From the IMG/VR virus record IMGVR_UViG_3300028384_001589: 64,000 nucleotides of DNA; one strand, 5' to 3'. The translations under genes were made by a program, and so were the position numbers. The stretch comes from an uncultured virus (IMG/VR IMGVR_UViG_3300028384_001589). Lineage: Duplodnaviria; Heunggongvirae; Uroviricota; Caudoviricetes. Numbering within the stretch: position 1 is the stretch's first letter; every line of letters begins with the position of its first letter. The notes beneath the pieces were generated by a model, which ran no database searches, was not told the origin of the DNA, and was given only the letters and a program-made list of their open reading frames with translations. This document shows positions 28,474 to 38,514 of this stretch, piece by piece.

Positions 28474-29786
28474 ATGAGAGCAGTAGATTTAATAAGAGGA
28501 ATACTTGATCTAATTGATCGTGACACACCCAAGGTAAGTGTTACTACAATTACATCAGAACCCACGGGCAGTGAACAAGATCGCAGAATGAATCAGATTG
28601 CTGATCTTGTTACAGATCCATTCACAGCACCTGAACTTGCAAACGCACCAGACGTAAAAGTTGCTGACATAGACGCAGTTACCATAGACGCTGGTGGTGG
28701 TATGCATGAACCTAAACAACCAGAAGACATCAGAGGCGAACACGGTAGCCTATTTAGAGATTATCTTGCTCGTGCAGAACGTGGAGAATAGTAATGGCGG
28801 CTAACGGTATATCAACACTTGCAAATAAAAAACTAAGACAGGAAGCAAAGTTAACTCTTGCAGGTCAAGACAGAGCGGCTCGCAATGTAGTTGAACCAGG
28901 ACGCTATGCTGATACAACAGCAGACATTACACAACTGCCTACCAAGTACGAAGCAGACAATTCAGTAACAGACAATCCTAATCCTGGCGGACTATTACCA
29001 GGCAGACCTTGGGCGTAATAGATGGCGGCCAATGACAAACACATAGATTGGCATTCAGCAGTTGCTCTTGGTAAAACAGGAGGCAACTCAGTCCGCAACA
29101 TCTTTGGATACAATGCGGCAATAGGTGACACTTTTATCCCGGCCTGGGAACTGGCAACGCCTTACACTTATCCAACAGCCGCTACGACAATGACCCTACG
29201 CTGGAACACAGCAGACGCAGGCTATACAATTCTTATTAAAGGTCTTGATGCTAACTATGATGAGATACAGGAAACCGTCACGCTCACAGCAAGTCCTGTA
29301 ACGCAAACAACACAGAATGAATACCTAAGAATAAATGATTTGGTTACCATCGCTACACCAGGCGGAGCATATGGCGACCCTGCTAACAACATCACACTAA
29401 CTAATGCAGGCAACACTGAGACCTATGCTCGTATGGATGCAGGTACAGGCAAGAACCAAGCCTCAATATACACAGTACCAAGAGGCTATCAGTTTGCCCT
29501 GCTTCGTATCTCAGCGTTCTGTGCTTCAGCCGCACTTAACAACAGAACATTGGCATTCCGCAATGTGGCAAGACTCAAAACAGGAGTGATACTTCGTGTT
29601 GCTCAAACAGAGTTCCTTGAGCAAATGATCATTGACAGACAGTTACCGTTTGTGTATGATGAATGCACAGACATTGAGTTCCAAGTCAAAGGTTCAGCAG
29701 GCACTCAATTTATTGGTGTGTTTGGTGAAGGCATCCTTCACGAGAAAGATAAACAAGCACATTTGAACGATCTTGAACAAGGTTAA
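28474..29786 (+). CDS. three late hypothetical ORFs (28474-28791, 28794-29018, 29022-29786), possibly virion-associated
   Basis: TAAATA promoter; tight packing. Confidence 0.7.
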
Positions 29787-29824
29787 TATACTCAAAACAC
29801 ATACCTGCTATGCTAAATACTAAT

Positions 29825-29874
29825 ACGTTCGAGCAACACGCTTGGAAGTAGACACTATGTCGAAGGAACGCACC
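29825..29874 (+). promoter_or_regulatory. glutamine riboswitch (glnA/Downstream-peptide class)
   Basis: CGTTC-[GAGC/GCTT]-GGAAGTA-[GAC/GTC]-GAAGGAACGCA: P1 CGTTC/GAACG with E-loop signature. Confidence 0.8.
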
Positions 29875-29901
29875 TAACTTAACTATAAGGAGGGTGGAAA
29901 C

Positions 29902-30096
29902 ATGGAAAGACACTCATTTATGCTCAAGCAATATTCTGAGCAACAACTACGTAAAAAGAAAGAAATGGAATTATGGAAGGCTCGTCAAGAGGTTGACATA
30001 AATGCCAATGGTACTTCTGGATATGTGGTAAAGCATGGTCCTAACAAAGATAAAATCTTAGGACATCAGTCTACTAAATCTACCAACAACTGGTAA
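29902..30096 (+). CDS. small protein downstream of the glutamine riboswitch
   Basis: AAGGAGG RBS directly after the aptamer. Confidence 0.75.
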   Translation: MERHSFMLKQYSEQQLRKKKEMELWKARQEVDINANGTSGYVVKHGPNKDKILGHQSTKSTNNW

Positions 30097-30678
30097 TCAG
30101 TGGGTAAACTCCAACCAAGTGGTGATAGCATATTTGTCACCACTTAGTGGAGGATTGCCTCTGTGGGTATGTGTATAACCCGCAGGACAAAACATAATGC
30201 TACCTTGTGTTGCTGGAATTCTTTTTGATTGATACAAGAACTCTGTTTCGCCACCTTCACTAACTGTATTCAAATATGCCATAGCAAGTATAGCACGTTG
30301 ACCTGTGTCTCTACTTGCGTGTTCACAGTGCCATATATGATAACCTTCACTTGGTTGTGTGTGTTGTATCTTGATTGAATGTGATATTTGAATTGGGTTT
30401 ACATTTTCGAATATACCAAATTCTGATATGTAATCATTTACACAATCCTGCATTGCATGATAGTATGGTTGTAGTAGTTTGTTCATGCTAAGAGCAAACG
30501 TACCCGTTTCTCCTTCGTCATATAGCATCGAACCGTCCTTGTTCATTTTAGGAGCACTTTCGTTTGCTGTTTGTCTTGTAAGGATACGTGTACCTTCTTG
30601 CTGATGATAGTAATCAATTACTTCTTGGCAGTATTCTGGTGATAGTACGTTGTTCCAAACTCTAATAAAGTCTTGCAT
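30097..30678 (-). CDS. 2OG-Fe(II) oxygenase
   Basis: GYHIWHCE, YLNTV.EGGETEFLYQ, PAGYTHTHRGNPP. Confidence 0.88.
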   Translation of the reverse strand: MQDFIRVWNNVLSPEYCQEVIDYYHQQEGTRILTRQTANESAPKMNKDGSMLYDEGETGTFALSMNKLLQPYYHAMQDCVNDYISEFGIFENVNPIQISHSIKIQHTQPSEGYHIWHCEHASRDTGQRAILAMAYLNTVSEGGETEFLYQSKRIPATQGSIMFCPAGYTHTHRGNPPLSGDKYAITTWLEFTH

Positions 30679-30864
30679 AAACATATTTAAACTACGCAGT
30701 TAATAGGCGTCTTAAAAGCGGTTAAAACACCGTTAGCCGTGTAAAATACCCTTTCGCTATACAATATACCATATTTCTATTAAAGAGGCAAATAAGAGCC
30801 ATTTAGGGGTGATTTTCATGCATTTAAGGCGTCTGTCGCAGAGGTGGTTTTTGCACCAAGAGTT

Positions 30865-31419
30865 TTAGTAAATGTAGTTTTTCCAAGATTCGTGTTTTAG
30901 CGTATGCTCAAGAATCTCTTGGTTTTTGATTAGATCATAGTAGGTTGGCTTGTATGGAACTGTCAATGGTTTTGGATATAGTTTGTTTCCTTTGGCAACA
31001 TTACAAGGACCACAAGCAGTTACAACATTAATCCAATTTGTTTTACCCCCACGACTGATAGGAAGAACATGATCTAATGTGCAATCACATCTTCTAAGTC
31101 GTTCGTTGCAGTATTGGCAAGTAAATTGATCTCTAAGTAGTACGTTGTGTTTTGTAAATCTTACATTGGAATTTTTGCGAACATACTTCTTTACCATTAC
31201 CACAGCAGGAACCCGTGTTTCCCATGTAGGTGAATTAACAATCCAATCGTCATACCACTCAAGGACTGTAACTTTATCTAAAATAAAATACTTAATGGAT
31301 TCTTGCCACGACACTGTTGACAGCGGTAAAATACTGTAAGGTTTTGCATCGGCATTGAGGACAAGCGTATCAGCCACTTCATACTCCCTTGTACTAACTG
31401 TATTTATTGTAATTGCCAA
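30865..31419 (-). CDS. HNH endonuclease (McrA-like)
   Basis: LVLNAD..P, RDQFTCQYC, TLDHVLPISRGG...WINVVTACGPCN..K. Confidence 0.9.
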   Translation of the reverse strand: MAITINTVSTREYEVADTLVLNADAKPYSILPLSTVSWQESIKYFILDKVTVLEWYDDWIVNSPTWETRVPAVVMVKKYVRKNSNVRFTKHNVLLRDQFTCQYCNERLRRCDCTLDHVLPISRGGKTNWINVVTACGPCNVAKGNKLYPKPLTVPYKPTYYDLIKNQEILEHTLKHESWKNYIY

Positions 31420-31958
31420 ACAGAGTTAACACTAACTCTCATAGGCCAATCTGTAGGACTTATTCCTGCGTGAGGTATTTGACTTGGAAATATAACTGCA
31501 CGATTGCATTTGTATTCTACTACCTGTGATGGATTATCCAAGTCTACCTGTGATTCCCAAAAACGTAGATCGCCGTTGCTATCAAACGGATACCAAACAA
31601 TGCTCCAAGTTCTTTCAACATCATCTAACTTCATATCACAGTCTCTGTGAGGATACTGTGTTGAAGCAGGTGTAGTTCCATTTAGTCTTAGTACCTGTAG
31701 TGCTTTAGGACCATTAGGTAACAGTTTAAGTGCAAAGCAACTTGCAATCACATTGCTTAACCCTTTTAATGGATCTTCTGCTTCTGGATAGTTTTTGTGC
31801 CATAGTACACAGTTGAAATAGTTTTCAAACTTATCTTCGTATGCACTTTGAACTCTACCATACTCCCATTGCTTTAGATTGCTAATACTATTTTGAATAG
31901 TAGTTAACAACCAATCTGGAAATACATCATCAATAATTTGAATATTATTCATTGCCAA
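31404..31958 (-). CDS. 2OG-Fe(II) oxygenase-like protein
   Basis: PHRD, NRAVIFPSQIPH...R. Confidence 0.75.
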   Translation of the reverse strand: MAMNNIQIIDDVFPDWLLTTIQNSISNLKQWEYGRVQSAYEDKFENYFNCVLWHKNYPEAEDPLKGLSNVIASCFALKLLPNGPKALQVLRLNGTTPASTQYPHRDCDMKLDDVERTWSIVWYPFDSNGDLRFWESQVDLDNPSQVVEYKCNRAVIFPSQIPHAGISPTDWPMRVSVNSVWQLQ

Positions 31959-33375
31959 GGTTACCTAAGAATTCTCTTAACTTGGTTGAGTCTGTTTCTG
32001 CTCTAACCTTTTTAACTGGTGTACCTTGTTCTGGGTCTGGTTCTTCGGTTGGTGCATCTTCAGTTGTCGTTGTTCTTTTCAACGAGTTCATAATAGTGCT
32101 ACCACCTACTGGTGCTGATGCATAACTGTTATCGTCATCGTCGTCAAGGTCTCTAATACGCAAACTGTCAATATCAAATTCTAAATCAATCTTAGCACCT
32201 ACACCACTTGACGAACGTGTTTTCATTAACTGTATTTGATAACGTCCACGCTCACGCATTGCTCTACTTGTAAAGATACCAATCACGTTATCAGCAGTTT
32301 GGATCTTACTCAATCCACCACTGATGTGCGAATGATCAAATTCAATTTCTTCTACAGCACCTCTGTTCAACTGCGATGCTGTAACAAACACTGTGTTCGA
32401 TTCCATTGCAAGGTTACGTAATTCTTCAGACACAAATTTATCTTTAATAAACAAATCACTTGGCGATACTTTTCTACTCATTGGCATCATCAAGTCTAAG
32501 TAGTCAATCAACAGTACATCTACTTTACGTCCTGTTTTAATTTCATATTCTTTTACATAACTTCTAATGTCGTTTGCATTCTTACCACTTGGCATATATT
32601 TGATTTGAAATGCACCTGACTTTTTGCCCATTAGTTTAACTTTCATTTCAACACCATCAAGATCTTTGAAAATCTCTTTTGTTGGAATATCAGTCATCAT
32701 ACTATCAATACGCATTGCAACAAGTGCTTCACTCAATTCAAAAGAAAGATAAATTACATTCATTCCTTCCATTGCCCAGTTAACACCTAAGTTTGCAAGG
32801 AACAACGATTTACCTGCACCTGATCCACCTGCAAAGATATTAAGTTCGCCTCTGTTGAAACCACCAAACAGTTTCTTGTCAAGTGTTTTCCAACCTGTGC
32901 TTACTTGTCCGTTGTTATCTTTAAGACCCATAAGTCTACCTTTAGGATCAGCAAAGTAATCTGTACCAATGTCTTTTTGTAGTCCAACTTGTACAGCATT
33001 TTTAATTTTATCTTCTACTGGACCATAGTTGCCTTCTTCAAGCAAGTTAGCACTTTCAAGAATTGCTCTTTCAAGTCCTTTGTGTCTTGTAAATGTTTCA
33101 AACTCTTGAAGCAACCAATCATAGTGTTCTTCACGCAGTCCTTCTGGAGTTTTTAAATCTGTTTTACAAGTTGCATTAACCATTTCTTCTGTAGGCAATG
33201 CATTATGTTCACTAACATAACCATTAATAAATTCTGCGGCGTCTTGTAGTTTTCTATCAAATAGTGTATGGTCAAAGATAGTTTGACAACGCACAAACGA
33301 TTGTGCATCGCTTAACATCATTTCAAGATATACTTTCTGTACATCATAACCATAATCTCTATTTTGTTGAGCCAT
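31945..33375 (-). CDS. replicative DnaB-family helicase (gp41-like)
   Basis: GGSGAGKS, LIDYLDLM, VTASQLNR, IQTADNV. Confidence 0.93.
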   Translation of the reverse strand: MAQQNRDYGYDVQKVYLEMMLSDAQSFVRCQTIFDHTLFDRKLQDAAEFINGYVSEHNALPTEEMVNATCKTDLKTPEGLREEHYDWLLQEFETFTRHKGLERAILESANLLEEGNYGPVEDKIKNAVQVGLQKDIGTDYFADPKGRLMGLKDNNGQVSTGWKTLDKKLFGGFNRGELNIFAGGSGAGKSLFLANLGVNWAMEGMNVIYLSFELSEALVAMRIDSMMTDIPTKEIFKDLDGVEMKVKLMGKKSGAFQIKYMPSGKNANDIRSYVKEYEIKTGRKVDVLLIDYLDLMMPMSRKVSPSDLFIKDKFVSEELRNLAMESNTVFVTASQLNRGAVEEIEFDHSHISGGLSKIQTADNVIGIFTSRAMRERGRYQIQLMKTRSSSGVGAKIDLEFDIDSLRIRDLDDDDDNSYASAPVGGSTIMNSLKRTTTTEDAPTEEPDPEQGTPVKKVRAETDSTKLREFLGNLGNE

Positions 33376-33385
33376 TAATTAATCC

Positions 33386-34360
33386 TTATTTCCAGTTACT
33401 ATTATACCATACTTTAGGGTCAAAGTCAATATGTTTCTTTTCCGAAGCAAGTACTGCGCCAATACATGATCCCGGATCACCTGGATTTGGTGGAATCCAC
33501 ATTGCGTCCCAATTTGGTTTTACTTTGTCCATTGCGTCTTTGTTTAATGCACAGCCTCCTGTAACAACAAGATTCTTACTTGGCATATTAAACGCCATGC
33601 TTGTTGTCAAACGTAATACAAGATCTTCAAACACATATTGTACAGCGGCCGCTAAATCAAAATAATCATCTTCCTTAATTGCTGGTGCCCACCAATTTAA
33701 TCCACGGTGGCAATTTTCTTTGAACTTGATTTTGCAAAGAGGATCGTGTTCAACTTCAAAAAAGTCTCGCATAATCAAATCTCTAAATCTGGATGGATCA
33801 CCTTTCTTTGCTAACTGGCTAACCATAAACTCTTCTTTGTTTGCAACATATCCCAAACGCTGTGTCATTGAACTGTACCATAGTCCGAGACTGTGTGGAT
33901 ATGATTGTGAGTTGACTTTTGTAAGTTTGTCTCCCGAACCATTCCACATTGTAAGTGTTTCATATTCGCCAATGCTGTCAATACAAATAATACTTGCATC
34001 TTCAAAGCCACTTGTGTAATAACCGTACGCCGCATGGCTGTCGTGATGTTGTACATATTCAATTGGACATCTGACATTCCATCTTTGTAGATATTTTTTA
34101 ATATTATTTTCACCAAATAGAAAACCTTGTCCTGCTTGTAGTTGTCTAAAACTTTTTAGATATGGACGTTCATACCAAATTACTTTGTCGGGCTCTCCAT
34201 AACTTTCACGTGCTACACTTAGCATAGTCCAACTAAAATGCGGATCATTAGGAACGTCGCTGAAGTCCTTAGCCAATGCCGCCCATTTAAGTTCGCCATC
34301 TACAAACACTGCTAAACTTGCATCGTGGCTGTTACCAACCATTCCCCAAACTATTTTCAT
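33386..34360 (-). CDS. carbamoyltransferase (NodU/CmcH) N-terminal Kae1-like domain only
   Basis: SHDAS, HHDSHAA, D.IGE, HSLGLWYS, GGCALN, PNPGDPGSCIGA; 324 aa, no C-terminal YrdC-like domain. Confidence 0.85.
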   Translation of the reverse strand: MKIVWGMVGNSHDASLAVFVDGELKWAALAKDFSDVPNDPHFSWTMLSVARESYGEPDKVIWYERPYLKSFRQLQAGQGFLFGENNIKKYLQRWNVRCPIEYVQHHDSHAAYGYYTSGFEDASIICIDSIGEYETLTMWNGSGDKLTKVNSQSYPHSLGLWYSSMTQRLGYVANKEEFMVSQLAKKGDPSRFRDLIMRDFFEVEHDPLCKIKFKENCHRGLNWWAPAIKEDDYFDLAAAVQYVFEDLVLRLTTSMAFNMPSKNLVVTGGCALNKDAMDKVKPNWDAMWIPPNPGDPGSCIGAVLASEKKHIDFDPKVWYNSNWK

Positions 34361-34602
34361 TCTATACCTTTATATTTTTTGTAAGCCGAGTGTAATACAA
34401 AAAACCATACACCATTAATTATAGGTTCGACTACTGCATCCACTGCCGCTAATTCAAATGACGCACCTGTTATTAAGTTATTGCAAATCATTGCAATAAC
34501 AATATGTCCAACTGTATAGATTACAGCAAGTGTTAAACTGCTACCACCTATTAGTTTTCTCAACAAATTAAAAATGCCGTCACGTAACTCTGTCATAAAC
34601 AT
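34357..34602 (-). CDS. DUF2061-like small membrane protein
   Basis: IYTVGHIVIAM...ITGA....A.DAVVEPIINGVWFFVLH. Confidence 0.65.
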   Translation of the reverse strand: MFMTELRDGIFNLLRKLIGGSSLTLAVIYTVGHIVIAMICNNLITGASFELAAVDAVVEPIINGVWFFVLHSAYKKYKGIE

Positions 34603-34725
34603 TTACTTGTAAATAAAAGGATCTCTTTTTTTAAGTTCCTCGATACGTTTTTTCAAACGTTTCTTTTCTCTCCATTCTCGATATGGCGTTGTAATTGTTT
34701 GCCATAAAGTCTTTAACCAAACCAT
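34603..34725 (-). CDS. 40-aa basic peptide ending KRDPFIYK (missing from ORF track)
   Basis: Manual translation; fills the gap in the operon. Confidence 0.6.
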   Translation of the reverse strand: MVWLKTLWQTITTPYREWREKKRLKKRIEELKKRDPFIYK

Positions 34726-35714
34726 TTTTTACTCCGTAGTTTAATTTTAAGTTCGTTGCTCTCACTCGCTGTAATAATTGAGTGCAGTGTGTAAATTTTA
34801 CCATATCTGTTTACAGCATCATTTACATCATTTACATCTTCGTGCCATTCAGGCATACTTACAGACCATCCAAGTTCAATTGCTTGATCAATTAGTTTAC
34901 TTCCTGCTTCATCGCGATCAGGAACAACTACCTTTGTACTATTTAAACTGTTGAGTAGCATTGCTTGTTGATCTTTGATTTCACTTCCAAGTAATGCTAC
35001 ACCTTCAACAGCAATAGCATCAAAGGGACCTTCAACCACAATGGTATATAATCTTTCATAATTTTGAGCATCGAGATTGAATACATACCCAGGTTGTTGG
35101 TCACTAAGATACTTTGGGTTACCGTCTTTGATCTTACGTGCGGTAAATCCAACTACTTCGCCTTTGTGATAAAATGGAATAATAATTCTATCACGATAGC
35201 CAAGTTCAGGTGTCCAATGGAATGGATAATCATCTAAAAATAAATTTCTTGTTTTCAGATACTCACAAACTTTAAACAGGTTGTTGTCCATACCTGTTGG
35301 TTCAAGTGCTTGCCAGTCATCCCATTGATCTAATCTTCTTGCACCTTCTGGTAAACTCTTTGTTTCAAACTTTGGCAGTTCAATACTAATATTAGAGTTA
35401 CCAACTTCTGCAATTTGTAAACACTGTAGAGCAAGTTTAGTAATAACATCATCTGGTGTGCCTAACCATTCAAACAGTTTACGCATTTTATAACTTAACT
35501 GTCTACCTGGTTGCCAACTTGCTTTGAATCCACAGTTAAAACAATGATAACTTAATCCGCCATCACCGTTTGAAATAAGTCCGCCACGTTGTCTTTTATC
35601 TGCTGAGTCACCGTTGTGTATACAACAAGGCGCATTGAAACTTGTCCAACCACTGGGTGTGGTTTTACGCTTAGAAGGTAAGTGTAGTGTTAGTGTTTCT
35701 TGTACGATGCTCAT
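34713..35714 (-). CDS. DNA primase (Zn finger and TOPRIM; gp61-like)
   Basis: NAPCC..H...YHCFNC, PKYL, VEGPFDA, PDRDEAG, DVNDA. Confidence 0.92.
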   Translation of the reverse strand: MSIVQETLTLHLPSKRKTTPSGWTSFNAPCCIHNGDSADKRQRGGLISNGDGGLSYHCFNCGFKASWQPGRQLSYKMRKLFEWLGTPDDVITKLALQCLQIAEVGNSNISIELPKFETKSLPEGARRLDQWDDWQALEPTGMDNNLFKVCEYLKTRNLFLDDYPFHWTPELGYRDRIIIPFYHKGEVVGFTARKIKDGNPKYLSDQQPGYVFNLDAQNYERLYTIVVEGPFDAIAVEGVALLGSEIKDQQAMLLNSLNSTKVVVPDRDEAGSKLIDQAIELGWSVSMPEWHEDVNDVNDAVNRYGKIYTLHSIITASESNELKIKLRSKKWFG

Positions 35715-35749
35715 ACTATTATTATAGTATAAACTGTCTATAAAGTCAA

Positions 35750-36526
35750 CTAATTTCGGACAAGAACTTTATCAATTGTTCCAGATGTTTTGGTATACTT
35801 GGCCCTGATAAAATTGAACACACCATTAAAGTTTAAGTACTCTGGTGTTGTTGGACTGTTATAGGTAGCAGAAGTAATGTCCACCCAATTTGTAGGATTT
35901 TGATTTTCAAGTGAGCCTTGAATTGTTACATCACCAACAAATCCTGTAGAATAAACCGCAACAGTGTGCAGTGCAGTGTTTCCGTTGAGTGCAGGATCAG
36001 CCGTAATCTTTTCACTTACAAATGTATCTGTTTCTGTTTCTGTAAATGTTGATACACTGTAACTTTCTTTAGGTCCTGGAAATGCATTGCTATGAACTTC
36101 AATAGTACCTGACATTTCAAAGTGTGCATTTGAATATGTAATTACTTTGCTGTCGTCACTGTCTTTGACAAGGTAAACTGCGTAACTTAGATATTGATCT
36201 TTGATGTCTAACAGTTCTGTTTCAGTAATATTAACTGTAAATTGACCTTTGTAACTCGGAGTAGTAGTTTCAATGATTGTTCCTGTTTTAGATAATATCT
36301 GTGTTTTAGATTCGTCGTACGCTACAAACTTAGGTGTATACACATTTAAAATGCTTACAGGTTTTTGATCGTTGTTTTTAATTTCAAATGTTAAGGTATT
36401 GTCTATACCTCTATATACTTTTAGATTTTTTGCGTACACTGTTCTAAACTCCGTTGTTATACCCGTAGCCAAATCTGCTACGAGATTGGTTTTGTCATTG
36501 ACTAAATATCTGGGTGTAAGTTGCAT
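35750..36526 (-). CDS. hypothetical late protein (beta-rich, possibly structural)
   Basis: TAAATA and AAGGA upstream. Confidence 0.7.
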   Translation of the reverse strand: MQLTPRYLVNDKTNLVADLATGITTEFRTVYAKNLKVYRGIDNTLTFEIKNNDQKPVSILNVYTPKFVAYDESKTQILSKTGTIIETTTPSYKGQFTVNITETELLDIKDQYLSYAVYLVKDSDDSKVITYSNAHFEMSGTIEVHSNAFPGPKESYSVSTFTETETDTFVSEKITADPALNGNTALHTVAVYSTGFVGDVTIQGSLENQNPTNWVDITSATYNSPTTPEYLNFNGVFNFIRAKYTKTSGTIDKVLVRN

Positions 36527-36561
36527 AATTTATTCCTTACACATATTTATTTAAAAGAATC

Positions 36562-36930
36562 ATGCTAAGAAAAGACATAGAAGAAAAATTTCCATTTTTA
36601 AGCGTAGTTACCTACGGTGGGCAAGAGTACATCGGCATTGTCAATAACCAGGACAATTTCATAACAACCATGTACAGTTTAGACGAATTGCTGAACGATC
36701 AGCATAGAGATAGGTTTTTAGAATTAGGAGAAATATGGTGGTGGGAATCAAATCGAATGATGCCGATCAACATCTTTTTACGACACGAGATGGAACCTTT
36801 CAAATACTGTATGGTTAATATGAACAGTAAAGATGTAAAGATTATACACGGTCCAACAGTTAACTTAAAGAACTTAACTATCAAACGTGTTAAAAGAAGA
36901 TCGGTACAGTTGGTTAAGAAACCAAAATAA
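36562..36930 (+). CDS. hypothetical protein
   Basis: ORF track; WWWESNR motif. Confidence 0.7.
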   Translation: MLRKDIEEKFPFLSVVTYGGQEYIGIVNNQDNFITTMYSLDELLNDQHRDRFLELGEIWWWESNRMMPINIFLRHEMEPFKYCMVNMNSKDVKIIHGPTVNLKNLTIKRVKRRSVQLVKKPK

Positions 36931-36931
36931 A

Positions 36932-37501
36932 CTACGGGTGCTGAGCACTAACCATTTCACAAATTAGATTCATTTGAACTACTATTGCATGAGCATATGC
37001 AACTGCGTGTGCTTTCTTAAAGTAGTACTCACCGCTCTTCGGTTTCGTCCACACTTCTTTCATCACCGTATCCCACGGCTTCCCAAGCAAGTGCCTCTTC
37101 GCTGGTCGGATAATTGCCAACACTGACGCTAACTGAGTTATGCTCTGTGGTTTCATTGTTTGAAGAATAGTACTGTGTTCTCCTACGTGAAACAATTGAT
37201 TGCTGAATTCTGGTTCGGTAAGTAGATCCCATAATGGCTCCTTGTGCATGAGTTCTAAAAGATGCTGTTCATCTTTTATATCTTTATATAGCGAAACATT
37301 AAGAAAGTCAAGTTTAAAGTATCCTCTATCTTCGGCTGTTTCATAATCTAATGTTGATAAGTTGTCAACAGGATTATGAGGAACTTCTGTAACATATATG
37401 CCTGTGTTATGCTTTTTACCTGTAGAGAGTTTTGCTACTCGATGTTTAATTTTATCAAGTACAATATCTCTGTCAGCAAAATCAATATCAATATCAGGCA
37501 T
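36932..37501 (-). CDS. minimal DNA polymerase III alpha (DnaE) catalytic-core protein
   Basis: MPDIDIDF, KH.TG, GYFKLDFL, LAIIRP, YYFKKAHAVAYA. Confidence 0.85.
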   Translation of the reverse strand: MPDIDIDFADRDIVLDKIKHRVAKLSTGKKHNTGIYVTEVPHNPVDNLSTLDYETAEDRGYFKLDFLNVSLYKDIKDEQHLLELMHKEPLWDLLTEPEFSNQLFHVGEHSTILQTMKPQSITQLASVLAIIRPAKRHLLGKPWDTVMKEVWTKPKSGEYYFKKAHAVAYAHAIVVQMNLICEMVSAQHP

Positions 37502-37796
37502 CTTTATCGCTTACTAAGTTTGTTGGTTTTTCAATAGGCAATCCGCATCTATCAAACCATCTGTTGTCATCTGTAACATAAACATGACTTCTAAATTTAC
37601 TTCCGTCAATATCTTTGCAAGTAATTGCACGTTTATGAATAGCACCTTTATACTGTGTATAATCTCTTTGCATTAATCTCATAGACCCACCACTTGCAGG
37701 CGATCCGTAAATTCTATCAATGCTTTCACCATCAGGCCCCATATGATTAGAAATCAATTTGTAATTTAAATCTTTATAGTTTGTTTCTTCACTCAT
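37494..37796 (-). CDS. hypothetical protein
   Basis: ORF track. Confidence 0.65.
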   Translation of the reverse strand: MSEETNYKDLNYKLISNHMGPDGESIDRIYGSPASGGSMRLMQRDYTQYKGAIHKRAITCKDIDGSKFRSHVYVTDDNRWFDRCGLPIEKPTNLVSDKDA

Positions 37797-37832
37797 TTTT
37801 ATTATTATAGTTTATTGTTATTATTTTGTCAA

Positions 37833-38513
37833 TCACAAGTTTGCCTTTTGAGCAATCTCTTTTACCAGTTCCACATCTGCAGGTGAACGTTTAAAACGCA
37901 ATGCCCAGTGTTGTGGATCCACTACAGCATAAACAATTTCTAATTGTTCATCACTGAATTTGGATAGCATTTCTTTTCCGCTTTTGCAATTCAACACAAG
38001 CCAAGGACTTACTTTACCGTCCTTGAGATGTTGTGTTACACGATTCAAACTTGCATATCTAAAATAGTCTTCCCAAGGTGCTTGTTGTTCATCTCCCCAA
38101 TCCATCATGGTTTTGATAGAACGTTCTACTGCTGTTTCAACACCTTCTTTTTTAATAAGTTCGAGTGCGTACTTTTCGTATAGTTCATCTCTGCACCAGT
38201 GGTCAAGTTTAACTCCTGATGTGACCACGTAGTCAACATACTTTTCTGGATAGAGCGGTCGTACATTTGAAACAAAGGAACCAAACTTAACAAAAGCATT
38301 ATAGTACTGACTCTTGCAAAATTCTTCATAGGTTTTATCGCCTTTCACATTTTGACATAGTTGATAAAAACGTGTGAACGCATAAAAGCCTAACTTAACG
38401 TGCTTCTCATCTTTTTGTAATGCTCTACGTTTTTGTTCACACATATGTACTGCAAGAGTTTTTTCTCTTGAGTATCCTGTTTTACAATATTGGCATACAA
38501 AAGGCTTATCCAT
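37833..38513 (-). CDS. hypothetical protein with N-terminal Zn-finger-like motif
   Basis: FVCQYC...LAVHMC; start trimmed to MDKPF. Confidence 0.7.
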   Translation of the reverse strand: MDKPFVCQYCKTGYSREKTLAVHMCEQKRRALQKDEKHVKLGFYAFTRFYQLCQNVKGDKTYEEFCKSQYYNAFVKFGSFVSNVRPLYPEKYVDYVVTSGVKLDHWCRDELYEKYALELIKKEGVETAVERSIKTMMDWGDEQQAPWEDYFRYASLNRVTQHLKDGKVSPWLVLNCKSGKEMLSKFSDEQLEIVYAVVDPQHWALRFKRSPADVELVKEIAQKANL

Positions 38514-38514
38514 C

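Noticed and set aside
30690..30864. 175-bp intergenic gap with two AGGCGTCT copies
   Set aside because: Too short and weak to support a specific call.
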